A DNA stretch of 64,000 bases, taken from assembly GCA_942492345.1 (NCBI GenBank), contig CALOEK010000001.1, forward strand, positions 89,758 to 153,757, written 5' to 3'. Of this stretch, positions 46,082-57,888 are shown piece after piece; position 1 is the stretch's first letter; the number at the start of each line of letters is the position of its first letter. The stretch comes from an uncultured Gammaproteobacteria bacterium. GTDB lineage: Bacteria; Pseudomonadota; Gammaproteobacteria; Pseudomonadales; IMCC2047. The position numbers and the translations under genes are program-made. The notes beneath the pieces are model-generated. The model saw only the letters and a list, made by a program, of their open reading frames with translations. It was not told the origin of the DNA and ran no database searches.

Positions 46082-46709
46082 TGGTCTTGTCTTTAAATTC
46101 ACACAAATCTTCAATAATGCAGGCGCTGCAGCGTGGTTTGCGCGCAGTGCAGATATAACGGCCGTGCAGAATCATCCAGTGGTGGGCGTCGAGTAAAAAC
46201 TCCTTGGGCACGAAGCGCATCAGTTTTTGTTCGACTTCCAGGACGTTTTTACCGGGTGCGACGTTGGTGCGATTGCTAAAACGGAAAATATGGGTGTCCA
46301 CGGCCATGGCGATTTGGCGGAAGGCGGTGTTGAGTACGACGTTGGCGGTTTTTCGACCGACGCCGGGCAGGGCTTCCAGTTCTTCACGGGTGTCCGGTAC
46401 TTCGGAATTGTGCTTCTCAACCAGCATATGGCAAGTTTTGATGACATTCTCGGCTTTACTGTTAAACAGGCCGATGGTTTTGATGTATCCCTTGAGACCA
46501 TCGACACCGAGTGCGGCAATCGCTGCGGGTGTGTTGGCAATGGGGTAGAGTTTGGCGGTGGCTTTATTGACACCAACATCGGTGGCCTGCGCCGATAAAA
46601 TTACAGCGATTAGCAGCTCGAAGGGGCTGCTGTAGTTCAGCTCGGTTTTGGGCTCCGGGTTTTCTTCCCTGAGACGGCGGAAAATTTCATAGCGCTTGTC
46701 AGCATTCAT
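46074..46709 (-). CDS. nth: Endonuclease III
   Basis: 211 aa with HhH LPGVGRKTANVV and the Fe-S cluster loop CTARKPRCSACIIEDLC. It follows rnfE, as in E. coli. Confidence 0.95.
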   Translation of the reverse strand: MNADKRYEIFRRLREENPEPKTELNYSSPFELLIAVILSAQATDVGVNKATAKLYPIANTPAAIAALGVDGLKGYIKTIGLFNSKAENVIKTCHMLVEKHNSEVPDTREELEALPGVGRKTANVVLNTAFRQIAMAVDTHIFRFSNRTNVAPGKNVLEVEQKLMRFVPKEFLLDAHHWMILHGRYICTARKPRCSACIIEDLCEFKDKTSD

Positions 46710-46727
46710 CTTGTAATTAAACGCCGT

Positions 46728-47441
46728 TTATTTGATATCGCCAGTAACACGCGCACGTTTGGAACCGGTTACCGGTGCTTCCTTACGTGCATCACGGAAT
46801 TTTTTGATACGGCTGTCGGTAATGTTTTTGAAGGCAATTAGCAGGCCCATGCCAACAAAAGCGCCGGGAGGAAGGATAGCAAACAGGAAGCCGCGATAGT
46901 CTTCTATTAGCACGATTTTCCAGTCGGCAGCGACCGGGCCAAGCAGTAACTCCATATCGGCAAACAGTGTGCCTAAACCAATGACTTCACGCATCGCGCC
47001 GAGTAATAACAGAATTAGCGTAAAGCCTGCGCCCATCATCAGACCGTCCATCACAGCAGGCAGGATAGGGTTTTTGCGGGCAAAGGCTTCGGCACGACCA
47101 AGGATGGCGCAGTTGGTTACGATCAAAGGAATGAAGATGCCCAGTGATAGATAGAGCTCGTAGGTGAGCGCCTGGCTGAGTAATTCAACACAGGTTACAA
47201 AGGAGGCGATGATCATCACAAAGGCGGGCAGACGTACGGTGTCCGGTACGTGGTTGCGAATGACGGAAACCGACAGGTTGGAACCAATCAAAACCAAGGT
47301 GGTAGCCAGCCCTAATCCCAGCGCGTTAACCACCGAGCCAGTGACGGCCAGCAAAGGACACAGACCCAACAACTGAACCAGAGCAGGGTTATTGCTCCAT
47401 AGGCCGTCGGAGGTTATTTCGCGGTAGCTTTTGGTCGCCAT
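46728..47441 (-). CDS. rnfE: Rnf electron-transport complex subunit E
   Basis: 237 aa polytopic protein with [20 protein letters not shown]. Its operon position is as expected. Confidence 0.93.
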   Translation of the reverse strand: MATKSYREITSDGLWSNNPALVQLLGLCPLLAVTGSVVNALGLGLATTLVLIGSNLSVSVIRNHVPDTVRLPAFVMIIASFVTCVELLSQALTYELYLSLGIFIPLIVTNCAILGRAEAFARKNPILPAVMDGLMMGAGFTLILLLLGAMREVIGLGTLFADMELLLGPVAADWKIVLIEDYRGFLFAILPPGAFVGMGLLIAFKNITDSRIKKFRDARKEAPVTGSKRARVTGDIK

Positions 47442-47487
47442 GATGAGTCTTCTCTATTCGCTGCGGCGGTTGTTGTTCGCAGCGGTG

Positions 47488-48132
47488 CTATTGTGCTTCG
47501 TCGCTGGCGGCTGCGGTTTTTTCAGCCAGTAACGTGTCACGGTTGTTATTAAAGTACTGTAAAGCGGCGTGCACGGATCTTACCACTGCACGTGGTGTAA
47601 TGGTGGCACCGGTGAATTGGTCGAATTCTCCACCATCCTTTTTAACTTGCCAGCCCTGTGATGCCGGGTTATCGATGGACTTGCCGTTGTAATTCAAAAC
47701 CCAGGGTGATTTTTTCAGTTCGACTTTGTCACCTAAACCGGGTGTTTCGCGGTGCTGTAAAACCCGTACGCCGGCAACACTGCCATCAGCGAAGATACCC
47801 ACGATGCTGTGGATTTTGCCGGTATAACCATTAGGAGCGATCGTAGGAAGAATGACGGCAATGGCCTTGCCGTCTTTACGAGCCACAAAAGCTTCGCCTT
47901 CACCTTCATCAGCCACCAGCACCGGGTCGGTGATAATGATGGTGTCATCAAGCAATACGTTATCGTGCGTGTCTTCAGGCAAAATTTCGAATAAGGCCTT
48001 GGATTTTGCGGCATCTATGTTGCTCTGAATCAGCTCGGCGGTCAGCGTTTGAGTGACGGCAATGATGCCCGCCGTGACAATCGCAAACAAGCTGAGTCCG
48101 ATGGCGTTTTGTTTAATGGATTGACCTAGCAC
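47488..48132 (-). CDS. rnfG: Rnf complex subunit G
   Basis: 214 aa with an N-terminal anchor and the FMN-attachment motif FTGATITPRAV. GTG start. Confidence 0.9.
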   Translation of the reverse strand: MLGQSIKQNAIGLSLFAIVTAGIIAVTQTLTAELIQSNIDAAKSKALFEILPEDTHDNVLLDDTIIITDPVLVADEGEGEAFVARKDGKAIAVILPTIAPNGYTGKIHSIVGIFADGSVAGVRVLQHRETPGLGDKVELKKSPWVLNYNGKSIDNPASQGWQVKKDGGEFDQFTGATITPRAVVRSVHAALQYFNNNRDTLLAEKTAAASDEAQ

Positions 48133-48149
48133 AGTATTAACTCAGCTCG

Positions 48150-49208
48150 TTATTTAGTGGACTTGTGGCCGTAGGTGCGCGGCTGGGTGTAATGATCAAT
48201 CAGCGGTGCGACAAAGTTCATCAGCAGTACGGCAAAGGCGACGGCATCGGGATAATTGCCCCAATTACGAATCAGGTAAATCAGGATACCGATTCCGGCT
48301 CCGTAATAGAGTTTGCCCTTAATGCTAGTGGCAGCTGTTACGGGGTCAGTGGCAATGAAAAACGCACCGAGCATAGTCGCGCCGCCCAGCAGGTGTAATT
48401 CAGGATAGGCATAGTTGCTGGGGTCCGTTGACCAGAAAATCAGCGACATAATTGCAATCGCTGCCAGCATACTGACGGGAATATGCCAGGTGAATACGCG
48501 GCGATAGATCAGGTAAGCGCCGCCAGCCAGGAAGCCGGTGCTAACCAGTTGCCAGGCTTTCCAGCCTTCAGTACTGACCACCAGTTCTGTGGCCCAAAAT
48601 TCCTCTGAGGTCAGAGCGCCTTTGTGCTTGAAAGCATCCAGTGGTGTTGCCATGGTTACGGCATCAAAGGCTTCAGTGCTGACGCTCAATGCTATTTCAG
48701 ATAGGAAGGGGAAGATGGTAAACAGGGTATCCATAAAGCCCATTGTTTGGCCGGGTGTGATGGACAACGTTTGTGGTGCCAGCCAGCTGGTCATTTCCAA
48801 AGGAAAGGCAATTAAAACCAGTGCGTAGCCAATCATCGCCGGGTTGAAGGGGTTTTGCCCCATGCCGCCGTAAAGGTGTTTGGCGACGATAATCGCAAAG
48901 CCGGTAGCAATCATGGTCAGCCACCAGGGTGCCAGCGGCGGCAATGACAGGCCCAGCAACACAGCAGTTAACACAGCGCTGTAATCGGTTAAATAGTGTC
49001 GCAACGGGCGACGACGCAGTGTCAGTACCAGCGCTTCGCAGGCAACAGCAACCACTGAAGCCCAAAGGATATTAATGAAATTGCCCCAGCCGAAGAACCA
49101 GGTCAGCATGGCAAGACCGGGCAGGGTAGCCATGATCACCAACAGCATGACATCGCCAGTGTTACCACGGCGTGTCATGTGTGGGGATGAAACTCTTAAA
49201 AGTGCCAT
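48150..49208 (-). CDS. rnfD: Rnf complex subunit D
   Basis: 352 aa polytopic protein with FNPAM and TMATPLD motifs. Confidence 0.93.
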   Translation of the reverse strand: MALLRVSSPHMTRRGNTGDVMLLVIMATLPGLAMLTWFFGWGNFINILWASVVAVACEALVLTLRRRPLRHYLTDYSAVLTAVLLGLSLPPLAPWWLTMIATGFAIIVAKHLYGGMGQNPFNPAMIGYALVLIAFPLEMTSWLAPQTLSITPGQTMGFMDTLFTIFPFLSEIALSVSTEAFDAVTMATPLDAFKHKGALTSEEFWATELVVSTEGWKAWQLVSTGFLAGGAYLIYRRVFTWHIPVSMLAAIAIMSLIFWSTDPSNYAYPELHLLGGATMLGAFFIATDPVTAATSIKGKLYYGAGIGILIYLIRNWGNYPDAVAFAVLLMNFVAPLIDHYTQPRTYGHKSTK

Positions 49209-49225
49209 GTTAGTGCCATGCTGCG

Positions 49226-51577
49226 TTAATCTCTCGTTTCTGTGTCAGCCGTTGAACCGTCGGCTGCTTGCTGTGCGGCTTTTTCAGCGCGTTTGGCCTT
49301 GGCGCGTTCCAGTGCAGACATAGGAACGGCAGGCTTTTCTTCGACGGATTCAGTCGGCGCAGTTGCTTCTTTTTCTACATCTTTTGCTGCTTCGGCGCGC
49401 TTGATTTTTGCTCGTTCCAGCGCAGATAGGGGTTTTTCGTCGGCATGATCTGTTGTTTTATCTTCAGCAGTTTTATCGCTGCTCTGGGTTACTATCTGTA
49501 CCCGTTTTAATTTTGCGCGTTCCAGTGCCGATAACGTTTTTTCTTCGTTATGCCCTGTGCTTGCGGTCTTATTGTTGTCAGCCTTGGCAGGCGTTCCTGT
49601 TTGAGCGGCTTCGGCGCGCTTAGCCTTGGCTTTTTCTAAAGCACTCATGGCTTTGGCAGGTTTTGATTCTGTCTGGGAAATGCTGTCAGTATCAGCTTTG
49701 GCAGGCTGGTCATCATTGCCTGACGCACGCTTAGCTTTTGCTCGCTCCAGGGCGGAAAGGCCCTTGCTTTCCGTTTTCTCTGCACCGCTATCTTTAGCGC
49801 GTTTGGCTTTGGCCTTTTCCAATGCCGACAAGCCAGCGGCTTTTTCTTGGTCTTTAACGGTTGCTGTATCATCGCCATCTTGCTCCGCTGCACGAGCAGC
49901 TTTACGGGCTTTGGCGCGTTCAACCGCGCTCATTGCTGGCGCGGCATCTTTTGCTTGCTCAATGGCCGGTGCATCAGTATCGCCTTTAGCGTCGGCAGCC
50001 TTTTGGGCTTTACGAGCTTTAGCGCGTTCCAGTGCAGCTTGCACAACGGCGGCTTTGGGGTCGACTGGTTTTTTGTCGCCAGTGACGTCCGTTGTTTCTT
50101 TAGTTTTTTTGGACGCTGCGGCAGCTTCAGAGCGGGCCTGGCGTTTGGCTTCTTTTTCAGCCTCTTCCTGTTCCAGGCGAGCAGTGCGTGCTTCAAAACG
50201 TTGACGTGCGTGATCGGAGGAAGTGCGTTCGTGCTCCTCGATACGTATTTCGCCCTTGGCGAAACGGTAGTACTGCACCAGTGGAATATTGCTCGGACAC
50301 ACGTAAGAGCAGGCGCCACATTCGATGCAATCGAGCAGGTTATGTGACAGCGCTTTATCAAATTCGCGGGACTTGGAGAACCAATACAGCTGTTGTGGCA
50401 GCAGTGTAGCGGGGCAGGCTTCGGCGCACATGCCGCAACGAATGCAGGCTTGCTCAGGTGCCGGGTCCGGCAGTTCTTTGCGGGTGGCTGCGAGAATACA
50501 GTTGCTGGCTTTAACGACTGGCAGGCTGATATCGTCAAGGGTGAAGCCCATCATCGGGCCACCCATGATTAGGCGATGCAGTTTGTCCTGTTTGATTTCA
50601 AAATGGGCCAGCAAACTTTCAATCGGTGTGCCGAGTAGCACTTCAATGTTGCCCTGACGAGATACCGCATCACCGGTGATGGTGGTGATACGTGAGATTA
50701 GCGGTTCGCCTTTGGCTATAGCTCGATAAACCGCGGCAGCCGTGCCGACGTTATGGCAGACCATGCCGATATCAGCTGGAATACCACCGTTGGGTACTTC
50801 TTTGCCGGTGAGAATCTGAATCAGCTGCTTTTCACCACCGGAGGGGTATTTAACAGGGATACGTTCAACAACAATTAACTCGCTGAGCTGTAAAGACTCA
50901 ATGGCGTGTCGGAGTGCTTCTATTGCCTGAGGCTTATTTGTTTCGATACCGATGAGACACTTTTCAGGCTGCAGAATGTGAGCCATGATTTGCAGGCCTT
51001 GAACGACCTCTTCGGCACGTTCACGTATCAGCATGTCATCAGCGGTGATGTAAGGTTCGCACTCGGCGGCGTTTAAAATCAGTGTATCGATAGTCAGGTC
51101 TGTCGAGGGATTAAGCTTAACCGACGTCGGGAAACCCGCGCCGCCAAGACCGGTAATGCCTGCCTCTCTGATGTGCTGTAACAGCTGCTGTGTGTCCAGC
51201 TGTTGATAGTCGGCAACGGATGACAACTCGGTCCACTCATCTTTGCCATCGGGGTCGATAATAATGCACAGCTCACTCAAGCCGGAGGGGTGAGGCAGGG
51301 CATGGGGTTTGATGGCGGTGATAGTGCCGGAAGTCGGCGCGTGCACTGCGGCGCTCACATAACCCGTTGGTTCGGCAATCATCTGGCCCTTGAGTACGCG
51401 CTCGCCAACTTGAACCAGCGGTTTGGCCTGTTGGCCGATATGTTGCTGCAGGGGCAGAATCAGTTTATCGGGCAGCAGTGCAACTTCAATCGGTGACTGT
51501 GTCGATTGGTCTTTGTTTTCAGGTGGATGAATGCCGCCATGGAACGTGTGCAGGTGTTTGTTGGACTGCCAGTTCAT
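49226..51577 (-). CDS. rnfC: Rnf complex subunit C with a long repeat-containing C-terminal tail
   Basis: 783 aa. It has the NADH/FMN-binding core, two ferredoxin motifs ([24 protein letters not shown]), and then ~330 aa of Ala/Lys/Glu-rich repeats. Confidence 0.93.
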   Translation of the reverse strand: MNWQSNKHLHTFHGGIHPPENKDQSTQSPIEVALLPDKLILPLQQHIGQQAKPLVQVGERVLKGQMIAEPTGYVSAAVHAPTSGTITAIKPHALPHPSGLSELCIIIDPDGKDEWTELSSVADYQQLDTQQLLQHIREAGITGLGGAGFPTSVKLNPSTDLTIDTLILNAAECEPYITADDMLIRERAEEVVQGLQIMAHILQPEKCLIGIETNKPQAIEALRHAIESLQLSELIVVERIPVKYPSGGEKQLIQILTGKEVPNGGIPADIGMVCHNVGTAAAVYRAIAKGEPLISRITTITGDAVSRQGNIEVLLGTPIESLLAHFEIKQDKLHRLIMGGPMMGFTLDDISLPVVKASNCILAATRKELPDPAPEQACIRCGMCAEACPATLLPQQLYWFSKSREFDKALSHNLLDCIECGACSYVCPSNIPLVQYYRFAKGEIRIEEHERTSSDHARQRFEARTARLEQEEAEKEAKRQARSEAAAASKKTKETTDVTGDKKPVDPKAAVVQAALERAKARKAQKAADAKGDTDAPAIEQAKDAAPAMSAVERAKARKAARAAEQDGDDTATVKDQEKAAGLSALEKAKAKRAKDSGAEKTESKGLSALERAKAKRASGNDDQPAKADTDSISQTESKPAKAMSALEKAKAKRAEAAQTGTPAKADNNKTASTGHNEEKTLSALERAKLKRVQIVTQSSDKTAEDKTTDHADEKPLSALERAKIKRAEAAKDVEKEATAPTESVEEKPAVPMSALERAKAKRAEKAAQQAADGSTADTETRD
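49289..50046 (-). repeat. rnfC: Eight in-frame copies of an (M/L)SALE(R/K)AKAKRA-type motif in the rnfC 3' region
   Basis: The protein tail reads [88 protein letters not shown], each separated by ~25-30 variable residues. Confidence 0.85.
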
Positions 51578-52215
51578 GCGCTGGCCTCCGTGCTGTCTTC
51601 GGCTGCGTCATTGGCGCTGCTTTGCACTGAAGCCGGGGTTTTGTCTGTTGCAATGAGCTGGGTTTTTTGTTCTGTTTCGGGTGCGCCTGGCAAATGCCAG
51701 CGCCAATCATTCAGTGTCACTTCCACAGGCACCATATCAATACAATCCACCGGGCAGGGCTCAATACACAGGTCGCAGCCGGTGCATTCATCGGCGATCA
51801 CCGTATGCATTTGTTTGGCGGCGCCAAGAATGGCGTCCATCGGGCAGGCCTGAATGCACTTGGTGCAGCCGATGCATTCGGCTTCACGGATCAGCGCAAC
51901 GCGTTTACCTTTTTCTTCGCCGTGTTCTTCATCGAGTGCAACAAAGTCGCGGCCTAATAACTCGGCCAGAGCGTGAATGGTCGCTTCACCACCGGGTGGG
52001 CATTTGTTGATTTCGTCACCATTAGCGATAGCTTCGGCATAGGGGCGACAGCCCGGATAGCTACACTGGCCACATTGTGTTTGCGGCAGGATATTGTCGA
52101 TTTGATCCACCACGGGATCTTCGTCTACTTTGAAGTGCACAGCAGCAAAACCCAGTATGACACCGAAAATAGCGGCCAGGGCAAGCAGGATCAGGATGGC
52201 GGTTAGGATGCTCAT
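51574..52215 (-). CDS. rnfB: Rnf complex subunit B
   Basis: 213 aa with an N-terminal anchor and motifs [27 protein letters not shown] and [12 protein letters not shown]. Confidence 0.93.
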   Translation of the reverse strand: MSILTAILILLALAAIFGVILGFAAVHFKVDEDPVVDQIDNILPQTQCGQCSYPGCRPYAEAIANGDEINKCPPGGEATIHALAELLGRDFVALDEEHGEEKGKRVALIREAECIGCTKCIQACPMDAILGAAKQMHTVIADECTGCDLCIEPCPVDCIDMVPVEVTLNDWRWHLPGAPETEQKTQLIATDKTPASVQSSANDAAEDSTEASA

Positions 52216-52233
52216 GGATTAAGGGTAACCCGG

Positions 52234-52815
52234 CTAAGCCTGAGTCAGGCCGGTGAAGCCCATAAAGGCCAGCGCCATCAAGCCAGCAGTGATCATGCCA
52301 ATGGCTGAGCCCTTGAATGGCTCAGGTACGTCAGCGGTGTTAATACGCTCGCGCATGGCGGCAAAGAGAATCAGCACCAATGAGAAACCTACTGCAGCGC
52401 CAAAACCGTAGAACAGAGATTCAACAAAATTGTTGTCTTTGTTCAGGTTGAGCAGGGCAACACCCAAAACCGCACAGTTGGTGGTAATCAGTGGCAGGAA
52501 AATACCTAGAACACGGTGCAGAACGGGGCTGACTTTTTTAATGACCATTTCAGTGAATTGCACCATCACCGCAATCACCAGAATAAAACTGATGGTTTTC
52601 AGATACTCAAGGCCCAGCGGCGCGAGCAGATAGGTGTAAACCAAATAGCTGCACACAGAGGACAGCGTCAGTACAAAGGTGGTCGCCAACGACATGCCCC
52701 AGGCAGAGTCGAGTTTGTTCGACACGCCCATAAAGGGACACAGGCCCAGAAACTGGACCAGTACGAAGTTGTTTACCAGCACGGTGCTGACGAGTATCAG
52801 TAAATATTCAGACAT
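52234..52815 (-). CDS. rnfA: Rnf complex subunit A
   Basis: 193 aa with [21 protein letters not shown]. Confidence 0.93.
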   Translation of the reverse strand: MSEYLLILVSTVLVNNFVLVQFLGLCPFMGVSNKLDSAWGMSLATTFVLTLSSVCSYLVYTYLLAPLGLEYLKTISFILVIAVMVQFTEMVIKKVSPVLHRVLGIFLPLITTNCAVLGVALLNLNKDNNFVESLFYGFGAAVGFSLVLILFAAMRERINTADVPEPFKGSAIGMITAGLMALAFMGFTGLTQA

Positions 52816-52866
52816 TGCTTGTCGTTTGTTTGTCCGTTAGGTGTTTGTTTAGTCAGCCAGTCAATA

Positions 52867-54936
52867 TTAACTGACGCGCTCGCCTTCGCGCGCACCTTCG
52901 TGCGGCTCCAGCAGCCAGATTTCTTCTTCGCCAGGGCCAGCGGCCAGCACCATGCCCTCGGAAATACCAAAACGCATTTTACGGGGTTTCAGGTTGGCAA
53001 CCATCACGGTCAGGCGGCCTTCCAGCTGTTCGGGCTGATAAGCGGTTTTAATGCCGGAGAAGACATTTCGCAGACGCTTGTCACCAAAACCTTCGCCCAG
53101 ATCCAGTGTCAGTTGCAGTAGTTTGTCTGCGCCCTTAACGTGATCAGCTTTCACGATACGCACAATGCGCAGGTCAGTCTTGGCAAAATCATCAAACTCG
53201 ATTTCATCGGCGATGGCTTCAATCTTGCTCACAGCAGCTGGCGCAGACGCTTTTGTTTTTTCTTGCAGAGCGGCGTGTGCTGCTGCATCGGCCTTGGTTA
53301 CTTCCAGCATGGCGTCGATTTTATCCTGTTCGATACGCTGCATCAGTGGTTTGAATTTGTTGATTTCATGACCGGTCAGCGTTTGCTTGCGGTCATCCCA
53401 GGTCAGGCTTTCAACATTCAGGAAGGTTTCGGCGTTCGCGACCATCGCTGGCAGTACGGGTTTCAAATAGGTACACAGCACGCGGAACAAATGGATGCCC
53501 ATGGAGCAGGCGTCCTGCACGTCCTGGTCACGACCTTCTTCTTTGGCCAATACCCACGGCTTTTGCTCGTCGATGTATTGGTTGGCTTTGTCGGCCTGCG
53601 CCATGATTTCACGAATTGCCTTGCTGAACTCGAGGTTTTCAAAGTGCTCGGCAATTTGTTCGCCAGCAGCAATGACTTCGTCCAACAGTTCAGGGTTGCT
53701 GATTGTGTCAGACAACTTGCCATCAAAACGTTTTTTGATGAATCCGGCACAACGGCTGGCGATGTTAACCACTTTGCCCACTACGTCAGAATTCACGCGC
53801 TGCATGAAGTCTTCCAGATTCAAATCGATATCTTCCGTGCCGTTGCCCAGTTTGGCGGCAAAATAGAAGCGCAAGTATTCGGGATTCAAATGATCCAGAT
53901 AGGTGCGCGCCTGAATGAAGGTGCCGCGTGATTTGGACATTTTCTTACCGTTCACTGTCACAAAACCGTGGGCTTTAACGGCGGTTGGTGTGCGGAAATC
54001 GGCGCAGCTCAACATGGCAGGCCAGAACAACGCGTGGAAATTGATGATGTCCTTGCCGATAAAGTGATACACCTCGGCGTCGGAATCCTTGGCCCAGTAT
54101 TCTTCGAAGTTCAGGTCGTCACGGCGTGCGCACAGGTTCTTGAAACTGGCGATGTAGCCAATGGGCGCATCCAGCCACACGTAGAAGTATTTGCCTGGTG
54201 CATCTGGAATTTCAAAACCAAAGTAGGGTGCATCGCGGCTGATGTCCCACTCCTGTAAACCTGCTTCGAGCCATTCGTTGAGTTTATTGGCAACAGACTC
54301 CTGCAATGTGCCGCTGCGGGTCCACTCTTTTAGCATGTCAGCAAAGTCAGGCAGCTTGAAGAAGTAATGTACCGAGTCTTTTTCAATGGGCGTGGCACCG
54401 GAAATCGCCGATTTTGGATCAATCAGTTCCGTCGGGTTGTAGGTGGCGCCACAGGCTTCACAGTTATCACCATATTGGTCTTCTGCTTTACAGCGAGGGC
54501 AAGTGCCCTTGATGAAGCGGTCAGCCAGGAATAGATTTTTCTCAGGATCAAAGGCCTGCGTAATGGTGCGCTCGGCAATGTGGCCCGCATCGCGGCAGGC
54601 TTTGTAAATAAACTCACTCAGCTCTTTGTTCTCAGACGAATGCGTTGTGTGGTAATTGTCGAAACCAATATGGAAATCCGAGAAATCTGCTTCGTGATCC
54701 TGCTGCACGCGCTTGATTTGTTCTTCAGCACTGATACCCATTTGTTCGGCACGCAGCATGATGGCAGTGCCGTGTGCATCGTCAGCACAGACATAGGTGC
54801 AGGTTTCGCCGCGTTGCTTTTGGAAGCGTACCCAGATGTCAGTTTGGATGTACTCCAGCATATGACCCAGGTGGATGGGGCCGTTGGCGTATGGGAGTGC
54901 ACTGGTAACCAGAATTTTGCGAGCTGTTTGCGTCAT
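52867..54936 (-). CDS. metG: Methionine--tRNA ligase
   Basis: The ATG at 54936 gives [25 protein letters not shown] (HIGH motif). It also has the KMSKS motif, a Zn knuckle (CPRC...CEAC) and a C-terminal tRNA-binding domain. Confidence 0.95.
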   Translation of the reverse strand: MTQTARKILVTSALPYANGPIHLGHMLEYIQTDIWVRFQKQRGETCTYVCADDAHGTAIMLRAEQMGISAEEQIKRVQQDHEADFSDFHIGFDNYHTTHSSENKELSEFIYKACRDAGHIAERTITQAFDPEKNLFLADRFIKGTCPRCKAEDQYGDNCEACGATYNPTELIDPKSAISGATPIEKDSVHYFFKLPDFADMLKEWTRSGTLQESVANKLNEWLEAGLQEWDISRDAPYFGFEIPDAPGKYFYVWLDAPIGYIASFKNLCARRDDLNFEEYWAKDSDAEVYHFIGKDIINFHALFWPAMLSCADFRTPTAVKAHGFVTVNGKKMSKSRGTFIQARTYLDHLNPEYLRFYFAAKLGNGTEDIDLNLEDFMQRVNSDVVGKVVNIASRCAGFIKKRFDGKLSDTISNPELLDEVIAAGEQIAEHFENLEFSKAIREIMAQADKANQYIDEQKPWVLAKEEGRDQDVQDACSMGIHLFRVLCTYLKPVLPAMVANAETFLNVESLTWDDRKQTLTGHEINKFKPLMQRIEQDKIDAMLEVTKADAAAHAALQEKTKASAPAAVSKIEAIADEIEFDDFAKTDLRIVRIVKADHVKGADKLLQLTLDLGEGFGDKRLRNVFSGIKTAYQPEQLEGRLTVMVANLKPRKMRFGISEGMVLAAGPGEEEIWLLEPHEGAREGERVS

Positions 54937-55225
54937 GTTTCCGCTGATTTCTCTATGAAAATTGAAGCCCGCAACTATACCCTCCGTAGCGTTTTTTTGC
55001 ATCTGAAATCGCCCTCAGCGGTACGATTTTGTATCAAATCGAAGAGTGGTCGAAGATTCTGCCGTTTTTCGAGCGTTCCCCGGTGGTCCATTGGAGGGTA
55101 TAACCCTGTTTTTATTAGGGTTTTTGTCGCTAAAAATAACTGGATATTTGATACTTTTTCCCTTTTAATTTCGCGCTTTATCCCCATTATCGGGATACGT
55201 TTCCAAATCAAGCAGAGAAATTTCT

Positions 55226-56323
55226 ATGTCAGAACTCACCGCCGCGCAGGTTGAAGCCGCACTTGCCAGTTATCAGGATAAATATTTAGACAGCGACTAC
55301 GTTTCAATAGGCGCTGTGAAAGCCATTGATATCGATGCCAATCAAGTGCAAATCACCATTGGTCTGGGTTACCCGGCGGCGGGCATTGCCGACGAAATCA
55401 AAGCGGCACTGATCGAGACGGTTTCTCCGATTGCTGGTGGTCGTGCGGTTAATATTGATCTGCAATGGCAAATCGAAGCGCAACAGGCGCAGGCGAATCT
55501 GGAAGGTATGCCGGGCGTTAAAAACGTCATTGCTGTGGCTTCCGGTAAAGGGGGCGTGGGTAAATCCACGACTGCTGTGAACATCGCCTTAGCACTGTCT
55601 GTGGAGGGAGCCCGAGTGGGTATTCTGGATGCCGACATTTACGGTCCCAGTCAGGGTTTGATGTTGGGCATGGTTGAAGGCACACGTCCGGTTTCAGTCG
55701 ATGGTAAAACCTGGCAGCCGATTGAAGCGCTGGGTCTGCAAGCCATGACGATGGCCTGTATGCTGGACGACAACTCACCGATTGTATGGCGTGGACCAAT
55801 GGTAACCGGTGCCTTACAGCAAATGGTTTCCCTGACTAAGTGGGATGATCTGGATTACCTGATTATCGATTTACCCCCTGGCACGGGTGATATTCACCTG
55901 ACGCTGGCACAGAAGGTGCCTGTGACGGGTTCGCTGGTGGTGACAACCCCACAGGATATTGCACTGCTTGACGCCAAAAAAGGTATTGAGATGTTCCGTA
56001 AAGTGGATATTCCTGTACTGGGTGTGGTTGAAAACATGAGCGTCCATATCTGCAGCAAATGTGGTAACGCCGAGCCTATTTTTGGTTACGGTGGTGGTGA
56101 TGAAATTGCCGAAGATTACGATACTGAATTATTGGGCCAGCTGCCGTTGAAACTGTCGATTCGTGAACAGGCTGATTCTGGTCGACCAACCGTCATCGCT
56201 GAGCCTGATGGTGAAGTGGCGGCTATTTACCGTGATATCGCACGTCGTCTGGCTGCGCGTTTGGCGCTGCGAGCTAATGATGAGAGCAATGCCTTTCCTG
56301 AAATTCAGGTTATAGAAGACTAA
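55226..56323 (+). CDS. apbC: Fe-S cluster carrier ATPase ApbC/Mrp
   Basis: 365 aa with VASGKGGVGKSTTAVN and CSKCG motifs. It is divergent from metG, as in E. coli. Confidence 0.93.
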   Translation: MSELTAAQVEAALASYQDKYLDSDYVSIGAVKAIDIDANQVQITIGLGYPAAGIADEIKAALIETVSPIAGGRAVNIDLQWQIEAQQAQANLEGMPGVKNVIAVASGKGGVGKSTTAVNIALALSVEGARVGILDADIYGPSQGLMLGMVEGTRPVSVDGKTWQPIEALGLQAMTMACMLDDNSPIVWRGPMVTGALQQMVSLTKWDDLDYLIIDLPPGTGDIHLTLAQKVPVTGSLVVTTPQDIALLDAKKGIEMFRKVDIPVLGVVENMSVHICSKCGNAEPIFGYGGGDEIAEDYDTELLGQLPLKLSIREQADSGRPTVIAEPDGEVAAIYRDIARRLAARLALRANDESNAFPEIQVIED

Positions 56324-56547
56324 AAAATAAGTTATTTCCGCGATTGCGGTGTCAGCGCCGTGCTCATCTCCTCATGTGTTTTATATACACTCGGGTCTTG
56401 CGCGCGGTGCTTCCTAGTACTCACGAAAATACCACTATTTTTTAAGCTCCAGATTTGAGCATTTGGAGCAAAGTTGAGCACTGGAACAAATTCGCTATTT
56501 ATGGCACGATTCGGCCCCATTAAAATCTTCTAACTGAGTAATACGTA

Positions 56548-57117
56548 ATGAGCATCAAAGCGGATAAATGGATTCGGCGCATGGCCGAAGAGCAAGGCAT
56601 GATCGAACCCTTCGAAGCAGGGCAGGTTCGCCACTCAGAGAGCGGCGAAAAGCTGATCTCCTACGGTACCTCTAGCTACGGTTACGATGTGCGTTGCTCC
56701 AATGAATTCAAGGTTTTCACCAATATTCATTCCGCGACGGTTGATCCGAAAAACTTTGATGAAAACAGCTTTGTTGATGTTCAAAGTGATGTTTGTATTA
56801 TCCCGCCTAACTCTTTTGCACTGGCGCGCACCATTGAATACTTCCGTATTCCACGTGATGTGCTGACGGTTTGTCTGGGTAAATCCACCTACGCACGTTG
56901 TGGCATTATCGTTAACGTAACGCCGCTGGAGCCGGAGTGGGAAGGCCACGTAACACTGGAATTTTCAAATACCACAACACTGCCTGCGAAGATTTACGCT
57001 AACGAGGGTGTGGCGCAGATGTTGTTTTTTGAATCTGATGAAACTTGTGAAACCAGCTACAAGGATCGTGGTGGTAAGTATCAGGGACAGCGCGGAGTGA
57101 CACTGCCTAAGACCTAG
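56548..57117 (+). CDS. dcd: dCTP deaminase
   Basis: 189 aa with [13 protein letters not shown]...[33 protein letters not shown]. Confidence 0.95.
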   Translation: MSIKADKWIRRMAEEQGMIEPFEAGQVRHSESGEKLISYGTSSYGYDVRCSNEFKVFTNIHSATVDPKNFDENSFVDVQSDVCIIPPNSFALARTIEYFRIPRDVLTVCLGKSTYARCGIIVNVTPLEPEWEGHVTLEFSNTTTLPAKIYANEGVAQMLFFESDETCETSYKDRGGKYQGQRGVTLPKT

Positions 57118-57139
57118 ATTTGTTTAGGGTATAGAATTA

Positions 57140-57177
57140 AAAAAGCGCCTCGGTTTTGCCGGTGGCGCTTTTTTTTA
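57140..57177 (+). terminator. Rho-independent terminator after dcd
   Basis: AGCGCC (57144-57149) pairs with GGCGCT (57164-57169) and is followed by a T-run. An A-run precedes it. Confidence 0.75.
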
Positions 57178-57888
57178 TCTTGATTTAGGTGTTGTGCTTT
57201 AAGTATCTGCTTCGCCTTTGCTGGCGAGTCAAGGCTGTTGGACGCCCAACAGCCTTAACGATCCAAAACCGCCCCTGCAGCTTGGTCGCTTCGCGACTGC
57301 CCTGCGCGTCTCACTTTCAAATGGGGGCTGCGGAACTCGGCTTCGCCTCAGACAGTCCTCGCCCTTTTTCCATTTGAAAGCTCAATGCTCGGCTGCGCAG
57401 AAGGGGAGTCATTTGGTGCCTGCCATAGCCTCGGAGAAATATAGCTTTGCCTAGGTATGCTTAGGTTAAAACATTTCGTCATGCCGGATTTAATCCGGCA
57501 TCCAGTTTTTAAAAGCTATGGATTTCGGGGCTTCTCTTCGTTACGCCCGGCATGACGGGACGGTGTTTTGTTCTCTTGGTAATCGCCGAGCAACGGAGAA
57601 AAATAACGGCACGCAGTAGCGAGGATTGTTTGAGCCGTTTAAAGATTAAGTATCTTTAAACGACGAGTTCCGCAGCGGCCGTTAGTTTTTGAGTAGCGCA
57701 GGGTATCGGCGCAGCCGACGATGGACTAGAGAGGGCTTTCTTTTGGTTCGTTTACTTTGGCCGCAAAGAAAATGAACTCGCCCAGGAGGGTGAAAGGATT
57801 GGTGGGAAATGTCTCTAAAATAAATGCGTCCCCTTTATCGGTCGTCCCCTTTATCGGTTCTCGGTTTGCCATCTCAGCTTATTAGTTT
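57178..57888. repeat. Gene-less, hairpin-dense region with REP-like elements
   Basis: Three perfect hairpins: 57231-57256 (11-bp stem), 57481-57501 (9-bp stem), and 57636-57662 (11-bp stem). A nested outer pairing joins 57477-57487 to 57547-57557. An inverted 12-mer GCTGCGGAACTC (57327-57338) pairs with 57665-57676, inside two alignable inverted ~100-nt segments. Confidence 0.6.
57827..57858. repeat. Perfect tandem duplication of the 16-mer CGTCCCCTTTATCGGT
   Basis: Copies at 57827-57842 and 57843-57858 are identical. Confidence 0.9.

Noticed and set aside
49242-50657. Several long ORFs on both strands inside rnfC (e.g. 49626-50204 +, 49847-50347 +, 49930-50538 -)
   Set aside because: They lie in the GC-rich Ala/Lys repeat region, where stop codons are rare in all frames. 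rnfC itself is unambiguous from its Fe-S motifs and operon context.
53140-55254. 263-aa and 224-aa plus-strand ORFs antisense to metG
   Set aside because: The MetG reading frame carries HIGH, KMSKS and Zn-knuckle motifs across the whole span. The antisense products have no recognisable features.
57189-57454. 62-aa and 78-aa ORFs in the dcd-DUF3108 spacer
   Set aside because: Both read straight through perfect hairpins and inverted repeats. They have no SD and a composition typical of translated repeat elements.
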